Shown piece after piece: positions 61,901 through 64,000 of a DNA stretch of 64,000 bases. Numbering within the stretch: the stretch's first letter is position 1; every line of letters begins with the position of its first letter. The stretch is taken from assembly GCA_020137815.1 (NCBI GenBank), contig CM035358.1:6014001-6078000 (forward strand), written 5' to 3'. The DNA comes from Hormiphora californensis (lineage: Eukaryota > Animalia > Ctenophora). The position numbers and the translations under genes were made by a program. The notes beneath the pieces were generated by a model. It made no database searches. It saw nothing but the letters and a program-made list of their open reading frames with translations, and was not told the DNA's origin.

Positions 61901-62796
61901 TTTTTATGTTCAGGAGGCCTATACCTAGGATGTACAACCGGTTCTGGCTTGCCTCTAGTGAGTTCTAGGTCAAAACACGTTTTGACAGGCTTAATTGAGG
62001 GCCAGCGTTAAAATCTGGGTGTTTTGGGAGTGCTGACAAACGGTTTTTTAGGGTTAGGGCTAAAGTAGGGTTAGGGTTAGGGTTGGGGTTAGGGTTGGGG
62101 TTAGGCCTTGACATTCCCTACCAGATAAACTTTGAATCAGCCAAAACGGTTGAGTGGTTTGGCGGTTAGAGCCATTTTAGTGAATCAACTTTTTTGGCAG
62201 CGCACACCTGTAAACAGGCCTCCAAACACCCAGATCGTAACGGCGCCCAAAATTGAGCCACTTCCGTTTTTTTGGAACTCTGGGATTCTGCTTGAAAAGC
62301 GCTGCCTTATCGGGCCCCAGAAGCCTCACAGTAGACTCACCACAGTAGGAGACACGCCGATATCATGATACTATGAGACATCTACTATGGGTGCTGTCGT
62401 CTCACGCTCTGATGAGCCTCCTGTGTATCTCTTGGAGGCTCCTAGAGGCCTCTGAACTTTTTACAGATCGCCACTTGTGCTAAACAATGTGCTTGGGTTA
62501 AAAAGTTTACCTAGATAACGGCCATTATCTGACAAAAATGCACTGTAACACAAACCAGTGACTTTGCCACTTTCTTGGTTATGGCCCAAGAGTGTGCAGA
62601 GTGCAGGATTCCTATTACTTTTAGACTGACCACTGACTAGTGGGTTATCCTTTGACTATCAGAACAAGAGTGTGCACTTAAGAAGATTACAATTCACAAT
62701 ATCAAGAGATTAAAATTGTAGTGAAATTTACCCAGTCTCGCTGTTCTTGCATGACGAGGGTGAGCTGACTCACAAATTCACTTACCAATATGTAAT
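58954..62796 (-). CDS. CEP120: CEP120-like centrosomal protein, 3' part (last exon 59888-58954; upstream exon 62655-62511; probable exon 62796-62732; 5' end beyond or near the window edge)
   Basis: EYKVALELELWK and RIEELIRERATLLSTGVYTASDFLISEIDRRIKELL match the recalled CEP120 coiled coil and C-terminus; GKVTGLCYSAFLSDNGRYL resembles the end of the last C2 domain and joins the last exon in phase (CTA G|GC AAA). Confidence 0.8.
60278..60685. mobile_element. MITE with long TIRs, (AATAAAAGGCTGC)n arrays and 8-bp TSD
   Basis: GGCAGGTGAGTAGAACTTCGCTCCTAATAAAAGGCTGC mirrored; TTTGGCCA duplicated at 60270-60277 and 60686-60693. Confidence 0.9.
60695..61970. repeat. long foldback palindrome (~625-bp near-identical arms, 24-bp spacer at 61321-61344)
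   Basis: ACCTAGAACTCACTAGAGGCAAGCCA... mirrored; pairing extends to 60246-60264 / 61975-61993 across the inserted MITE. Confidence 0.93.
62048..62105 (+). repeat. short interstitial TTAGGG/TTGGGG repeat
   Basis: TTAGGGTTAGGG..TAGGGTTAGGGTTAGGGTTGGGGTTAGGGTTGGGGTTAGG. Confidence 0.8.
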
Positions 62797-63583
62797 CTAT
62801 TCAATAGCCAGGAGCAAGTCAGTGTTGGCTGTGTTTGAAGCGTGTGTTGGGAGAGAGAGAGCAAGTGGATACAACCAGGCCGATACAGGCTCAACCCGGG
62901 GATGCCTCCCTAGATGTCCAGGATACATCTCCTTTTTATTGGTATGTACCTCCTATCTCGATCTATATCTATCTCCCTGACTCTCTCTCTCTCTCTCACT
63001 CTATCTATCTCTATCTATCTCTATCTATCTCTATCTATCTCTATCTATCTCTATCTATCTATCTCACTCTCTATCTATCTATCTCTCTCACTCTCTCTCT
63101 CTTTCTATCTATGTCTCTCCATCTCACTCTTCGATCTTTCTCTAGTTCAGTGTCTCTCCAGCCTCGACAATTTTATCAATCTATGACGTTATATCTAATA
63201 AAAGCTTTCCGTAATGTTCATTTTCGGTTCAATAGTATCTCATTTAAAGGTTTCTGTTTCACATTTTCTCACTTCGTATTGTACCTCTCTCAGTATCGTA
63301 CCTTGTCGGCTTGCTTTGCGCTTATTTGCCAACTGAAATGTTCATTACATATAGTATTGAATACTGCATCATCACAGTAACACGCTACATTTCTCATCCA
63401 TCTGTCATCCAGTTCAACTGTATATGATCCAGCAGTAGTCTTGCTAGATAAAATATCAGACCTAATCATACCTAATCACTTCTAATCACAGCATTGATAC
63501 TGAGTAACACTAAGCAGTTTATAGAGTTTTAGTTCGGAGACTGGAGAGGTGGGCGGGCCTACGGACTTCGTGTAAAGATAGTT

Positions 63584-63699
<116 letters not shown>

Positions 63700-64000
63700 T
63701 GGTTGTGTGTAACATGGTGTCCCATGCGGTCTTGCCCAACACAATAGAATGCAGTGTACAACTGAGTTTACTTCTCCCAACTCTTAGAATAGAAAATTTC
63801 GCACATGCAACGGAACACGGGCTAAAATTAGAATTAATTTAATTAATTGAATTAATTAAAATGATCTTCTCATAATTCAGTGTCGTGGTTTTAATATACA
63901 AATGTATGCGACTACGGCTACTTCATGATTCGCGTGTGTGTTGAAGCAACAAAAGATTTAAACTGGCCCTTTGTCTACACACAAATGTAAATCTTTTGTC

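Larger units (their letters stand above)
60016..62311. mobile_element. outer non-autonomous element with 21-bp inverted ends, in the CEP120 last intron
   Basis: GATAAGGCAGCGCTTTTCAAG (60016-60036) / CTTGAAAAGCGCTGCCTTATC (62291-62311). Confidence 0.6.

Noticed and set aside
62048-62105. True telomere or chromosome fusion site
   Set aside because: Only about 9 degenerate units, single orientation, embedded in a TIR-bounded element within an intron
63170-63445. Further upstream CEP120 exon (KTTAGSYTVELDD...QADK)
   Set aside because: Plausible, but its donor phase does not match the next predicted exon, so it is left out of the model

Overview
Intron-rich, (GA)n-rich animal genomic DNA. The style of the repeat families, the nested genes and the 3' splice sites just before start codons suggest a ctenophore, possibly Pleurobrachiidae-like; this is inference and not verified. 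Hand-spliced, phase-checked gene models: a divergent bHLH-PAS factor (+), BTBD19, SPATA4 and an intronless DNAI1 (-), a CTR/SLC31A copper transporter (+), and a 19-exon ELMO gene (+, 34.4-51.5 kb). ELMO introns host a rhodopsin-class GPCR, a FLYWCH-domain ORF and a candidate microprotein. A tightly packed minus-strand run CEP120 > PSMD11 > orphan > MASTL/Greatwall looks operon-like. Intergenic and intronic DNA is full of MITEs and foldbacks, tandem repeats and one 5'-truncated LINE with a TSD, and there is a 100-N gap at 36070-36169. Most notable unexplained signals: (1) a 17-bp motif TTGCCTTGCTCGACCCT dispersed about 10 times in unrelated contexts; (2) minimal hammerhead-ribozyme motifs in a Penelope-like repeat, two of them in a perfect 275-bp palindrome; (3) tandem repeats that repeatedly duplicate real splice sites, including about 15 decoy acceptor/micro-exon units in one ELMO intron; (4) a YAG acceptor 2-13 nt before the ATG of nearly every gene, suggesting SL trans-splicing and operons.
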